64,000 nucleotides of DNA from Eledone cirrhosa (lineage: Eukaryota): assembly GCA_964016885.1 (NCBI GenBank), contig OZ024740.1, positions 215,078,001 through 215,142,000 of the forward strand, in the 5' to 3' direction. The notes under the pieces are model-generated. The model did no database searches. It was not told the DNA's origin and saw only the letters and a program-made list of their open reading frames with translations. Shown here in pieces: positions 32,465 through 46,130 of this stretch. The position numbers and the translations under genes are program-made. Within the stretch, counting starts at the first letter, position 1. Every line of letters starts with the position of its first letter.

Positions 32465-32870
32465 AATCATCATTTGACATCTATTTTCTACTCTAGCATG
32501 GGTAGGAAGTGCTGTCCTGTTATGAGAGATCCGGGTCGGAGGACCATGATTTGCTTACACAGAACTGATGTTGGCTTGGTTTCTATGGCTGGATGCCTTT
32601 CTAATGCCAACCACATTTACAGTGTTTACTACGTGCTTTTTATTATAGCTCCAGGATGACTACTTTACAGTGTGTACTGGGTGCATTTTGTCGTGACACC
32701 TACATGACCACTTTACAGTTTGTACTGGGTACTTTTTGTTATGACACCTACACAAATACTTTACAGTGTGGACTGGGTGATTTTTGTCAAGACACCTATA
32801 TGACCAATTTACAGTGTACACTGGGTTTTTTTTATTTTTGTGACACCTACATGACCACTCTTCAGTGTAT
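32465..32870 (-). mobile_element. Old RTE 3' UTR with about five degenerate tandem units of about 46 bp
   Basis: Repeated cactttacagtgtgtactgggt..ttttgtcgtgacacctaca, preceded by ggatgcctttctaatgccaacc. Confidence 0.65.
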
Positions 32871-33639
32871 AAAATATTATCAATATTTTTACTACAATAT
32901 CACCAGTATCCTCAACACCACACTCATCATACTGAAGCTAACTCTATCTCTTAGATCTATCTATTTAATTTAATTTTTGTTTGAGCTACTTCGATTTTGG
33001 TTAGCTTTTACTGCCAACAGAGATATCTTTTACTCTGACAAGAGGTTTTCAAGTATTCTTCCCTCAAATAGCTTCTTATGTTTGTCAGTCATGATCACCT
33101 AAATTCAGTTTGTGTGACTGAACATAATTTACTTCTGAAATACATCCTACAAGATGTTTTTTTGATTATCACAGCAGACATTCATTGTCTTCCAACAACT
33201 CCAAACTAATCATTTGATTATTGTCAATGATCTCCACTGCCATCATTAATTAGGTCTTTAGAAACAAAAGGACATTTGAACTTTAAATTTCAGAATATCA
33301 TTCTTTCAGTGTTCACATACATATGAGTAATCTTTTATCTAAATATGCACACACATACACACATATATGTGTGTGTTATGTATGTAATATATATGAGAGA
33401 GAGAGAGATGAGCAATGTTTTATTCAAATATATATATATATAAATATATGTTTATGGGCAATGCATTATTCAAATATTCTTCTATTATTCACACACAAAT
33501 TATATATATATATATATATATATATACAGAGGAAGTAACCGAAACTGCACCAATGTGTATATAAATATACACATATTTACTATGTAGGCATGTAAACATG
33601 CCGGAAAATACGAATTTCCTTGTAAATTGAAAAAAATGA

Positions 33640-33675
33640 TAACCAATCGGGCCTAACTGGGCCCTCATCAGAAGG
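33640..33675 (-). ncRNA. Degenerate hammerhead motif (GAAA lost)
   Basis: cctt-CTGATGA-gggcc cagtta ggccc-GAtt. Confidence 0.4.
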
Positions 33676-34297
33676 TGTGTATATCACCCAAACAACCACC
33701 AGGAAAAATGTATTTCATAGACTTATATATCCATTCACTCTTAGTAGTATTCTGACATCGAAATACTAATTTGCATATAATTAGCACTTGTGGTCGTAAG
33801 TAGGTGATTGAGTAGAAAACAGCATGAGCAATGTGATGAGATAGCAATAAAGTTGTGACAAGAGAGAGAGATGATGGATAGCAACAGAGAAGTGTGATGG
33901 TAAGAACGATAAATCTCAACTAAGAGTCTGATGGAGGAGAGAGAGAGAGATGATTAATGGTAGAGGATATTGATATTGAGCATGAACATGATTGATAAAT
34001 ATCAACAGATAAGGGTGATGGTAAATGAGAATGATAAATATTATCAAAGTATCTCTTGGAGGCGAGTAAGAAGAATTTGGATATGGCACCAAAACAACCA
34101 CTTTACAGTGTGTGGTGGGACAAAAATATCAATCACATGAGACTACATGAAATTAAGTCAAAGCTAAATCAAACACTCATTGGTCAAAGCATCAATCATA
34201 CTATAAATATTTATGCTTTAACCACATAATCATTTTCAAGAATACATTAAAAATATAACAATTACGAAATGACTGCAAAATAAAGAAGGATTCTTAC

Positions 34298-34397
34298 CTC
34301 AAAAAGTCTTGCCGCAGCAATTCTGACTAAAGCTAATTTGTGTACTACCGCTTCCCACAGTACACTGAGCAGTAGTTCATGATTACTGGCACTGGCA
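34298..34397 (-). CDS. RELCH: RELCH internal coding exon, second
   Basis: tgtatttttag|T GCC...TTT GAG|gtaaga. 100 nt, phase 2 to 0, encoding ASASNHELLLSVLWEAVVHKLALVRIAAARLFE. Recalled human sequence: ANPAYHELLLTVLWYGVVHTSALVRCTAARMFE. Confidence 0.93.
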
Positions 34398-34864
34398 CTA
34401 AAAATACAGAGTTTTTATATCGAATTAATCACTCTTAGAGTTTAGAAACATGAATTTTGAATGGTTAGCATCTTAATTTCATCATTTTAATATATTTCTC
34501 ATAGGAAACAGTGCCAATATTTCAATTAATTTTGAGAATAATGTAAAATTTGCATGAATTTATTAAAATACAGAAGAATTTGATAAGTAAGTTCATGTTT
34601 GGAACATTACTTAACAAAAAGTTCTCTGATAAAATTATGATGGAAGGTTTTAATATATAAGAGTAGGCTGAAATCTTCATAGGCTGACAACGAAGGAGTG
34701 ATGCTAAAGCTGTGAAATCTTGCATGCATTAATTTCAACTCTTATTATTAATAACTGCATTGTTTGTTTCCATGAACTATGTTGAAAAATATACCTCATT
34801 TGGTCATTCCATGAGAGTATCTTGGTCAGTCTATGATATTCATACCATGAGCAAAGAAAAATCC

Positions 34865-35190
34865 AACTTTTTATGGCCTAGGGCCTGCATTAGGTGAAAA
34901 ACTTCATTTTTTCAGCTTTTTAGGACTTTTTTGATGCGTTACGTCTAACCAATTTTCCCGAAATTTCAAGGCATATAAAAGGCACATAAAAAAAAATCAT
35001 TTTCTTGATCCCCTATTTTAGGTGAAAACCTGCACTTTTCCCGCTTCATCGAGGAAAATCTTAAAGATTATCCAGCCATCAGAGTATTCGGTTTATTTTC
35101 TTTACATATTGTCGAAGCATGCAGTAGGTCTGTTGGCGGCCCGCGTTCCAAAATACCTTATCCTGTGCAACACTGGGTACCACTGCTAGT
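34865..35190 (+). mobile_element. Helitron-like 3' fragment
   Basis: Ends cctgtgcaacactggg-taccactgCTAG|T (degenerate hairpin plus CTAG). The 5' boundary is uncertain. Confidence 0.5.
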
Positions 35191-35200
35191 ATACAATAAA

Positions 35201-35257
<57 letters not shown>

Positions 35258-36517
35258 TGGGGGGGGGGGTCGTGAGAAGAACATGAAATTAATGGAACTC
35301 TCTCTCTATTTGTACAGTTTGTGGCAAAATCTACCTGTCAGAAGTTGGACTTCAATCTCATATAAGAGCACACAATAGGACACTCCCTACAGACTATAGA
35401 ATATACAAACCATTTCACCTTTATCAATGCCACTCATGCCACAAGATTTGCAAATCTCAAGGAGGTCTAAGGAGTCATTTTAAGGTTCATCAAGATACAC
35501 AGGCAGTTCAAGTTATGGCCCTTTATGGTCTGAGTTCAAATCCCGCCGAAGTTAACTTTGCCTTTCATCCTTACGGGGTCGATAAAATAAAGCACCAGTA
35601 ATACACTGGGATAATTGCTGGCCTTGTGCCTAAAGTAGAAACAATTATTCTATGTACTATACATGCACTTTTCATGAGCACAGTACACAATAATTTTCAT
35701 TATCATCATCATGTGTTGTGTGTATGTGTAACTGTCTATAACTGTACATAACTACACTGTACTAACTCCACCTCAATTTTTTTCTCCTCCTGTAAAATTA
35801 CATATTTGCAGGCAGATTTTCCAAATGTCTTATTCTTGTCATTCCCACTCATAGAAATTACCAGAAGTATCCGTATGTATCACTCCAGATATTTAGGCAT
35901 CGTTTTTAAATAATGTTGAAATTGGGTAAAAACATTGGGGTTTTTTTTGGGGGGGGGGGGGGGGGGGCATATTTTTTGGCTTTTACACAAGTATATATGG
36001 TAATCCACCCACTGTGATATTATTCACAAGAAAATAATTATTATATAAAACCAAATATTCATTTCAAACAGTAGAATTCTTGAGATTTTGATCAGTCAAG
36101 AACATTTTTCTAGAAACCTAATAAAAGGAAGATATTCATACTCTGTGTGAATGTGTGTCTGTGAAACATATACATATACACCAGGTCTGAAACACTCCCA
36201 CTGTCACTACCTCCATCTCTCCTGCTCTCCCATCTCTCTCTATTATGAGCAAATGGGGACCCATGCACTGGCTGTCCTTTGACCCTGATGGACAGAATAG
36301 AGAGGATGGTGAGGGAGATGCGCTGAAAGCCATTCCAGCTCACAAAGCTCACACCTGCAGTTAGCCAACTCCGTGCCAATGGTGGTGAGTAGGGAGGTGG
36401 TCCTAGGGCCAAGTCTCCACTCTAGAAATGTAGATCAGCCACAAATATATCTACTGCCTTTCTCTGTTATCACCAATATTTCTCTTGCTGTAGCACATTA
36501 TTATTTTATTATATAAA

Positions 36518-36712
36518 GGGCGGTGAATTGGCAGTATCGGTAGAGGGTCGGACATGCTTTCCAGCATAGTTACGTCCCTTTACGATCCGAGTTCAAATCC
36601 CGCCGAGGTTAACTTTGCCTTTCATCCATACGGGGTCGATAAAATAAAGTACCAGTAATGTACTGGGTAATTGTTGGCCTTGTGCCTAAAATAGAAACAA
36701 TTATTATTTTAT
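36518..36712 (+). mobile_element. Full-length SINE family B; other copies at 35510-35650, 46136-46335, 47020-47110, 54957-55150 (+) and 58752-58963 (-)
   Basis: gggcggtgaatTGGCAGTATCGGtag (A box) ... GAGTTCAAATCC (B box), a Meta-like domain gcctttcatcc..ggggtcgataaaataaagtaccag, and an (ATT)n tail. Confidence 0.85.
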
Positions 36713-37141
36713 TATATCACCACCCATAGTTGCTATTTAAACTACCATCATCAAACAACATACCTCACCACCTACAACTTTCCTACAACTTCACAATACC
36801 CATGAAAGTTACTTCACTGACAAGTTATATCCTCATTACTTTCAGCTTTCTTTTGTTTATTCTTATTAAGAATTTATTTATTTATGAATAAATAAATAAA
36901 GAAACCATTATTATATTAGTTTAGAATTCCTCCAAAATTGACTAGTTGCACTCCAGTTCCATTCATAAACTTCACTGTACCTATTTCTCTATATTTCACA
37001 TCTTACATAGCTTCACTTCAAAATATGTATGCAGTCCTTAAACCCACCCTCTTACCCCACCACATCACTGTGCTAGTTACAAGTAAAAAAAGAAATAGTT
37101 TGTTAGATATGTTAATATTGTCTCATTACTTGTTGATGTTT

Positions 37142-40100
37142 ATACATTAAAGCTCCGTCTGGCAACTGACTTGGTAGACACCAGATACATTAAAGCTCCG
37201 ATGTCTGGCAACTGACTTGGTAGACACCAGATACATTAAAGCGCCGATGTCCAGCAACTGACTTGGTAGACACCAGATACATTAAAGCTCCGATGTCCAG
37301 CAACTGACTTGGTAGACACCAGATACATTAAAGCTCCGTCTGGCAACTGACTTGGTAGACACCAGATACATTAAAGCTCCGATGTCCAGCAACTGACTTG
37401 GTAGACACCAGATACATTAAAGCACCGATGTCCAGCAACTGACTTGGTAGACACCAGATACATTAAAGCACCGATGTCCAGCAACTGACTTGGTAGACAC
37501 CAGATACATTAAAGCACTGATGTCCAGCAACTGACTTGGTAGACACCAGATACATTAAAGCTCCGTCTGGCAACTGACTTGGTAGACACCAGATACATTA
37601 AAGCTCCGTCTGGCAACTGACTTGGTAGACACCAGATACATTAAAGCGCCGATGTCCAGCAACTGACTTGGTAGACACCAGATACATTAAAGCACCGATG
37701 TCCAGCAACTGACTTGGTAGACACCAGATACATTAAAGCACCGATGTCCAGCAACTGACTTGGTAGACACCAGATACATTAAAGCACCGATGTCCAGCAA
37801 CTGACTTGGTAGACACCAGATACATTAAAGCACCGATGTCCAGCAACTGACTTGGTAGACACCAGATACATTAAAGCGCCGATGTCCAGCAACTGACTTG
37901 GTAGACACCAGATACATTAAAGCACCGATGTCCAGCAACTGACTTGGTAGACACCAGATACATTAAAGCACCGATGTCCAGCAACTGACTTGGTAGACAC
38001 CAGATACATTAAAGCACCGATGTCCAGCAACTGACTTGGTAGACACCAGATACATTAATGCTCCGTCTGGCAACTGACTTGGTAGACACCAGATACATTA
38101 AAGCACCGATGTCCAGCAACTGACTTGGTAGACACCAGATACATTAAAGCTCCGTCTGGCAACTGACTTGGTAGACACCAGATACATTAAAGCACCGATG
38201 TCCAGCAACTGACTTGGTAGACACCAGATACATTAAAGCACCGATGTCCAGCAACTGACTTGGTAGACACCAGATACATTAAAGCACCGATGTCCAGCAA
38301 CTGACTTGGTAGACACCAGATACATTAAAGCACCGATGTCCAGCAACTGACTTGGTAGACACCAGATACATTAAAGCACCGATGTCCAGCAACTGACTTG
38401 GTAGACACCAGATACATTAAAGCTCCGTCTGGCAACTGACTTGGTAGACACCAGATACATTAAAGCACCGATGTCCAGCAACTGACTTGGTAGACACCAG
38501 ATACATTAAAGCTCCGTCTGGCAACTGACTTGGTAGACACCAGATACATTAAAGCTCCGATGTCTGGCAACTGACTTGGTAGACACCAGATACATTAAAG
38601 CGCCGATGTCCAGCAACTGACTTGGTAGACACCAGATACATTAAAGCTCCGATGTCCAGCAACTGACTTGGTAGACACCAGATACATTAAAGCTCCGTCT
38701 GGCAACTGACTTGGTAGACACCAGATACATTAAAGCTCCGATGTCCAGCAACTGACTTGGTAGACACCAGATACATTAAAGCACCGATGTCCAGCAACTG
38801 ACTTGGTAGACACCAGATACATTAAAGCACCGATGTCCAGCAACTGACTTGGTAGACACCAGATACATTAAAGCACCGTCTGGCAACTGACTTGGTAGAC
38901 ACCAGATACATTAAAGCACCGATGTCCAGCAACTGACTTGGTAGACACCAGATACATTAAAGCTCCGTCTGGCAACTGACTTGGTAGACACCAGATACAT
39001 TAAAGCGCCGATGTCCAGCAACTGACTTGGTAGACACCAGATACATTAAAGCACCGATGTCCAGCAACTGACTTGGTAGACACCAGATACATTAAAGCAC
39101 CGATGTCCAGCAACTGACTTGGTAGACACCAGATACATTAAAGCACCGATGTCCAGCAACTGACTTGGTAGACACCAGATACATTAAAGCACCGATGTCC
39201 AGCAACTGACTTGGTAGACACCAGATACATTAAAGCGCCGATGTCCAGCAACTGACTTGGTAGACACCAGATACATTAAAGCACCGATGTCCAGCAACTG
39301 ACTTGGTAGACACCAGATACATTAAAGCACCGATGTCCAGCAACTGACTTGGTAGACACCAGATACATTAAAGCACCGATGTCCAGCAACTGACTTGGTA
39401 GACACCAGATACATTAATGCTCCGTCTGGCAACTGACTTGGTAGACACCAGATACATTAAAGCACCGATGTCCAGCAACTGACTTGGTAGACACCAGATA
39501 CATTAAAGCTCCGTCTGGCAACTGACTTGGTAGACACCAGATACATTAAAGCACCGATGTCCAGCAACTGACTTGGTAGACACCAGATACATTAAAGCAC
39601 CGATGTCCAGCAACTGACTTGGTAGACACCAGATACATTAAAGCACCGATGTCCAGCAACTGACTTGGTAGACACCAGATACATTAAAGCACCGATGTCC
39701 AGCAACTGACTTGGTAGACACCAGATACATTAAAGCACCGATGTCCAGCAACTGACTTGGTAGACACCAGATACATTAAAGCTCCGTCTGGCAACTGACT
39801 TGGTAGACACCAGATACATTAAAGCACCGATGTCCAGCAACTGACTTGGTAGACACCAGATACATTAAAGCACCGATGTCCAGCAACTGACTTGGTAGAC
39901 ACCAGATACATTAAAGCACCGATGTCCAGCAACTGACTTGGTAGACACCAGATACATTAAAGCTCCGTCTGGCAACTGACTTGGTAGACACCAGATACAT
40001 TAAAGCTCCGTCTGGCAACTGACTTGGTAGACACCAGATACATTAAAGCACCGATGTCCAGCAACTGACTTGGTAGACACCAGATACATTAAAGCTCCGT

Positions 40101-43100
40101 CTGGCAACTGACTTGGTAGACACCAGATACATTAAAGCGCCGATGTCCAGCAACTGACTTGGTAGACACCAGATACATTAAAGCACCGATGTCCAGCAAC
40201 TGACTTGGTAGACACCAGATACATTAAAGCACCGATGTCCAGCAACTGACTTGGTAGACACCAGATACATTAAAGCACCGATGTCCAGCAACTGACTTGG
40301 TAGACACCAGATACATTAAAGCACCGATGTCCAGGAACTGACTTGGTAGACACCAGATACATTAAAGCACCGATGTCCAGCAACTGACTTGGTAGACACC
40401 AGATACATTAAAGCACCGATGTCCAGCAACTGACTTGGTAGACACCAGATACATTAAAGCTCCGTCTGGCAACTGACTTGGTAGACACCAGATACATTAA
40501 AGCTCCGTCTGGCAACTGACTTGGTAGACACCAGATACATTAAAGCACCGATGTCCAGCAACTGACTTGGTAGACACCAGATACATTAATGCTCCGTCTG
40601 GCAACTGACTTGGTAGACACCAGATACATTAAAGCGCCGATGTCCAGCAACTGACTTGGTAGACACCAGATACATTAAAGCACCGATGTCCAGCAACTGA
40701 CTTGGTAGACACCAGATACATTAAAGCACCGATGTCCAGCAACTGACTTGGTAGACACCAGATACATTAATGCTCCGTCTGGCAACTGACTTGGTAGACA
40801 CCAGATACATTAAAGCACCGATGTCCAGCAACTGACTTGGTAGACACCAGATACATTAAAGCTCCGTCTGGCAACTGACTTGGTAGACACCAGATACATT
40901 AAAGCACCGATGTCCAGCAACTGACTTGGTAGACACCAGATACATTAAAGCACCGATGTCCAGCAACTGACTTGGTAGACACCAGATACATTAAAGCACC
41001 GATGTCCAGCAACTGACTTGGTAGACACCAGATACATTAAAGCACCGATGTCCAGCAACTGACTTGGTAGACACCAGATACATTAAAGCACCGATGTCCA
41101 GCAACTGACTTGGTAGACACCAGATACATTAAAGCTCCGTCTGGCAACTGACTTGGTAGACACCAGATACATTAAAGCACCGATGTCCAGCAACTGACTT
41201 GGTAGACACCAGATACATTAAAGCACCGATGTCCAGCAACTGACTTGGTAGACACCAGATACATTAAAGCTCCGTCTGGCAACTGACTTGGTAGACACCA
41301 GATACATTAAAGCTCCGATGTCTGGCAACTGACTTGGTAGACACCAGATACATTAAAGCGCCGATGTCCAGCAACTGACTTGGTAGACACCAGATACATT
41401 AAAGCTCCGATGTCCAGCAACTGACTTGGTAGACACCAGATACATTAAAGCTCCGTCTGGCAACTGACTTGGTAGACACCAGATACATTAAAGCTCCGAT
41501 GTCCAGCAACTGACTTGGTAGACACCAGATACATTAAAGCACCGATGTCCAGCAACTGACTTGGTAGACACCAGATACATTAAAGCACCGATGTCCAGCA
41601 ACTGACTTGGTAGACACCAGATACATTAAAGCACCGTCTGGCAACTGACTTGGTAGACACCAGATACATTAAAGCACCGATGTCCAGCAACTGACTTGGT
41701 AGACACCAGATACATTAAAGCTCCGTCTGGCAACTGACTTGGTAGACACCAGATACATTAAAGCGCCGATGTCCAGCAACTGACTTGGTAGACACCAGAT
41801 ACATTAAAGCACCGATGTCCAGCAACTGACTTGGTAGACACCAAATACATTAAAGCACCGATGTCCAGCAACTGACTTGGTAGACACCAGATACATTAAA
41901 GCACCGATGTCCAGCAACTGACTTGGTAGACACCAGATACATTAAAGCACCGATGTCCAGCAACTGACTTGGTAGACACCAGATACATTAAAGCGCCGAT
42001 GTCCAGCAACTGACTTGGTAGACACCAGATACATTAAAGCACCGATGTCCAGCAACTGACTTGGTAGACACCAGATACATTAAAGCACCGATGTCCAGCA
42101 ACTGACTTGGTAGACACCAGATACATTAAAGCACCGATGTCCAGCAACTGACTTGGTAGACACCAGATACATTAATGCTCCGTCTGGCAACTGACTTGGT
42201 AGACACCAGATACATTAAAGCACCGATGTCCAGCAACTGACTTGGTAGACACCAGATACATTAAAGCTCCGTCTGGCAACTGACTTGGTAGACACCAGAT
42301 ACATTAAAGCACCGATGTCCAGCAACTGACTTGGTAGACACCAGACACATTAAAGCACCGATGTCCAGCAACTGACTTGGTAGACACCAGATACATTAAA
42401 GCACCGATGTCCAGCAACTGACTTGGTAGACACCAGATACATTAAAGCACCGATGTCCAGCAACTGACTTGGTAGACACCAGATACATTAAAGCACCGAT
42501 GTCCAGCAACTGACTTGGTAGACACCAGATACATTAAAGCTCTGTCTGGCAACTGACTTGGTAGACACCAGATACATTAAAGCACCGATGTCCAGCAACT
42601 GACTTGGTAGACACCAGATACATTAAAGCACCGATGTCCAGCAACTGACTTGGTAGACACCAGATACATTAAAGCACCGATGTCCAGCAACTGACTTGGT
42701 AGACACCAGATACATTAAAGCTCCGTCTGGCAACTGACTTGGTAGACACCAGATACATTAAAGCTCCGTCTGGCAACTGACTTGGTAGACACCAGATACA
42801 TTAAAGCACCGATGTCCAGCAACTGACTTGGTAGACACCAGATACATTAAAGCTCCGTCTGGCAACTGACTTGGTAGACACCAGATACATTAAAGCGCCG
42901 ATGTCCAGCAACTGACTTGGTAGACACCAGATACATTAAAGCACCGATGTCCAGCAACTGACTTGGTAGACACCAGATACATTAAAGCACCGATGTCCAG
43001 CAACTGACTTGGTAGACACCAGATACATTAAAGCACCGATGTCCAGCAACTGACTTGGTAGACACCAGATACATTAAAGCACCGATGTCCAGCAACTGAC

Positions 43101-45740
43101 TTGGTAGACACCAGATACATTAAAGCACCGATGTCCAGCAACTGACTTGGTAGACACCAGATACATTAAAGCACCGATGTCCAGCAACTGACTTGGTAGA
43201 CACCAGATACATTAAAGCTCCGTCTGGCAACTGACTTGGTAGACACCAGATACATTAAAGCTCCGTCTGGCAACTGACTTGGTAGACACCAGATACATTA
43301 AAGCACCGATGTCCAGCAACTGACTTGGTAGACACCAGATACATTAAAGCACCGATGTCCAGCAACTGACTTGGTAGACACCAGATACATTAAAGCTCCG
43401 TCTGGCAACTGACTTGGTAGACACCAGATACATTAAAGCGCCGATGTCCAGCAACTGACTTGGTAGACACCAGATACATTAAAGCACCGATGTCCAGCAA
43501 CTGACTTGGTAGACACCAGATACATTAAAGCGCCGATGTCCAGCAACTGACTTGGTAGACACCAGATACATTAAAGCACCGATGTCCAGCAACTGACTTG
43601 GTAGACACCAGATACATTAAAGCACCGATGTCCAGCAACTGACTTGGTAGACACCAGATACATTAAAGCACCGATGTCCAGCAACTGACTTGGTAGACAC
43701 CAGATACATTAAAGCTCCGTCTGGCAACTGACTTGGTAGACACCAGATACATTAAAGCGCCGATGTCCAGCAACTGACTTGGTAGACACCAGATACATTA
43801 AAGCACCGATGTCCAGCAACTGACTTGGTAGACACCAGATACATTAAAGCGCCGATGTCCAGCAACTGACTTGGTAGACACCAGATACATTAAAGCACCG
43901 ATGTCCAGCAACTGACTTGGTAGACACCAGATACATTAAAGCACCGATGTCCAGCAACTGACTTGGTAGACACCAGATACATTAAAGCACCGATGTCCAG
44001 CAACTGACTTGGTAGACACCAGATACATTAAAGCACCGATGTCCAGCAACTGACTTGGTAGACACCAGATACATTAAAGCACCGATGTCCAGCAACTGAC
44101 TTGGTAGACACCAGATACATTAAAGCTCCGTCTGGCAACTGACTTGGTAGACACCAGATACATTAAAGCACCGATGTCCAGCAACTGACTTGGTAGACAC
44201 CAGATACATTAAAGCACCGATGTCCAGCAACTGACTTGGTAGACACCAGATACATTAAAGCACCGATGTCCAGCAACTGACTTGGTAGACACCAGATACA
44301 TTAAAGCACCGATGTCCAGCAACTGACTTGGTAGACACCAGATACATTAAAGCACCGATGTCCAGCAACTGACTTGGTAGACACCAGATACATTAAAGCT
44401 CCGTCTGGCAACTGACTTGGTAGACACCAGATACATTAAAGCACCGATGTCCAGCAACTGACTTGGTAGACACCAGATACATTAAAGCTCCGTCTGGCAA
44501 CTGACTTGGTAGACACCAGATACATTAAAGCTCCGTCTGGCAACTGACTTGGTAGACACCAGATACATTAAAGCACCGATGTCCAGCAACTGACTTGGTA
44601 GACACCAGATACATTAAAGCTCCGTCTGGCAACTGACTTGGTAGACACCAGATACATTAAAGCGCCGATGTCCAGCAACTGACTTGGTAGACACCAGATA
44701 CATTAAAGCACCGATGTCCAGCAACTGACTTGGTAGACACCAGATACATTAAAGCACCGATATCCAGCAACTGACTTGGTAGACACCAGATACATTAAAG
44801 CACCGATGTCCAGCAACTGACTTGGTAGACACCAGATACATTAAAGCACCGATGTGCAGCAACTGACTTGGTAGACACCAGATACATTAAAGCACCGATG
44901 TCCAGCAACTGACTTGGTAGACACCAGATACATTAAAGCACCGATGTCCAGCAACTGACTTGGTAGACACCAGATACATTAAAGCTCCGTCTGGCAACTG
45001 ACTTGGTAGACACCAGATACATTAAAGCTCCGTCTGGCAACTGACTTGGTAGACACCAGATACATTAAAGCACCGATGTCCAGCAACTGACTTGGTAGAC
45101 ACCAGATACATTAAAGCTCCGTCTGGCAACTGACTTGGTAGACACCAGATACATTAAAGCGCCGATGTCCAGCAACTGACTTGGTAGACACCAGATACAT
45201 TAAAGCACCGATGTCCAGCAACTGACTTGGTAGACACCAGATACATTAAAGCACCGATGTCCAGCAACTGACTTGGTAGACACCAGATACATTAAAGCAC
45301 CGATGTCCAGCAACTGACTTGGTAGACACCAGATACATTAAAGCTCCGTCTGGCAACTGACTTGGTAGACACCAGATACATTAAAGCGCCGATGTCCAGC
45401 AACTGACTTGGTAGACACCAGATACATTAAAGCACCGATGTCCAGCAACTGACTTGGTAGACACCAGATACATTAAAGCGCCGATGTCCAGCAACTGACT
45501 TGGTAGACACCAGATACATTAAAGCACCGATGTCCAGCAACTGACTTGGTAGACACCAGATACATTAAAGCACCGATGTCCAGCAACTGACTTGGTAGAC
45601 ACCAGATACATTAAAGCACCGATGTCCAGCAACTGACTTGGTAGACACCAGATACATTAAAGCACCGATGTCCAGCAACTGACTTGGTAGACACCAGATA
45701 CATTAAAGCACCGATGTCCAGCAACTGACTTGGTAGACAC
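37142..45740. repeat. 8.6-kb minisatellite, about 190 units of 46 or 43 bp
   Basis: Consensus agatacattaaagcaccgatgtccagcaactgacttggtagacacc (46 bp); variant agatacattaaagctccgtctggcaactgacttggtagacacc (43 bp). Confidence 0.98.
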
Positions 45741-46130
45741 TCACAAGTTTATTAACTATCTTTCCAACAACAACCCTGGACACCTTTTTGAATTCCATAT
45801 CTCTAACACCCGTAGACAAGCCTACAAAGTTCGAAAGCAGTATAGCTCCCATGACTTTCGGAAACAGGTTTTCACACTCAGAGTTGCTGAAGCACAGAAC
45901 AAACTACCTGCATCGGTTGTTTGCTGTCGGGACATTGCATCCTTCAAAACTTCCATGCTTCCTGAAAGTTGTCAACATTACACCTGATATCCCCCCCTCC
46001 ATACACATGCATAAGTGTGTGGGTGTATATCATGTATTTTTACATTATTCTAAGTACTATACATGCACTTTTGATGAGTTGTAGAGCACCTGAGCACTGT
46101 AAACAATAAATTTCATTATTATTATTATAT
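45697..46130 (+). mobile_element. 5'-truncated CR1-type LINE 3' end
   Basis: Encodes TDLVDTHKFIN...NTRRQAYKVRKQYSSHDFRKQVFTLRVAEAQNKLPASVV...SFKTSM (CR1 C-terminal FF..RV...WN.LP..VV...FK pattern), followed by a UTR and (ATT)n. Confidence 0.85.

Noticed and set aside
34522-34725. Additional RELCH exon
   Set aside because: There is no convincing similarity or donor site, and exons 58283-58389 and 34298-34397 already join in phase without a gap relative to the recalled human sequence.
37142-45740. CRISPR-like appearance (constant block alternating with a variable block)
   Set aside because: The variable part has only a few 10-13-bp related variants, not unique spacers. There are no cas genes, the context is a eukaryotic intron, and the unit derives from CR1.
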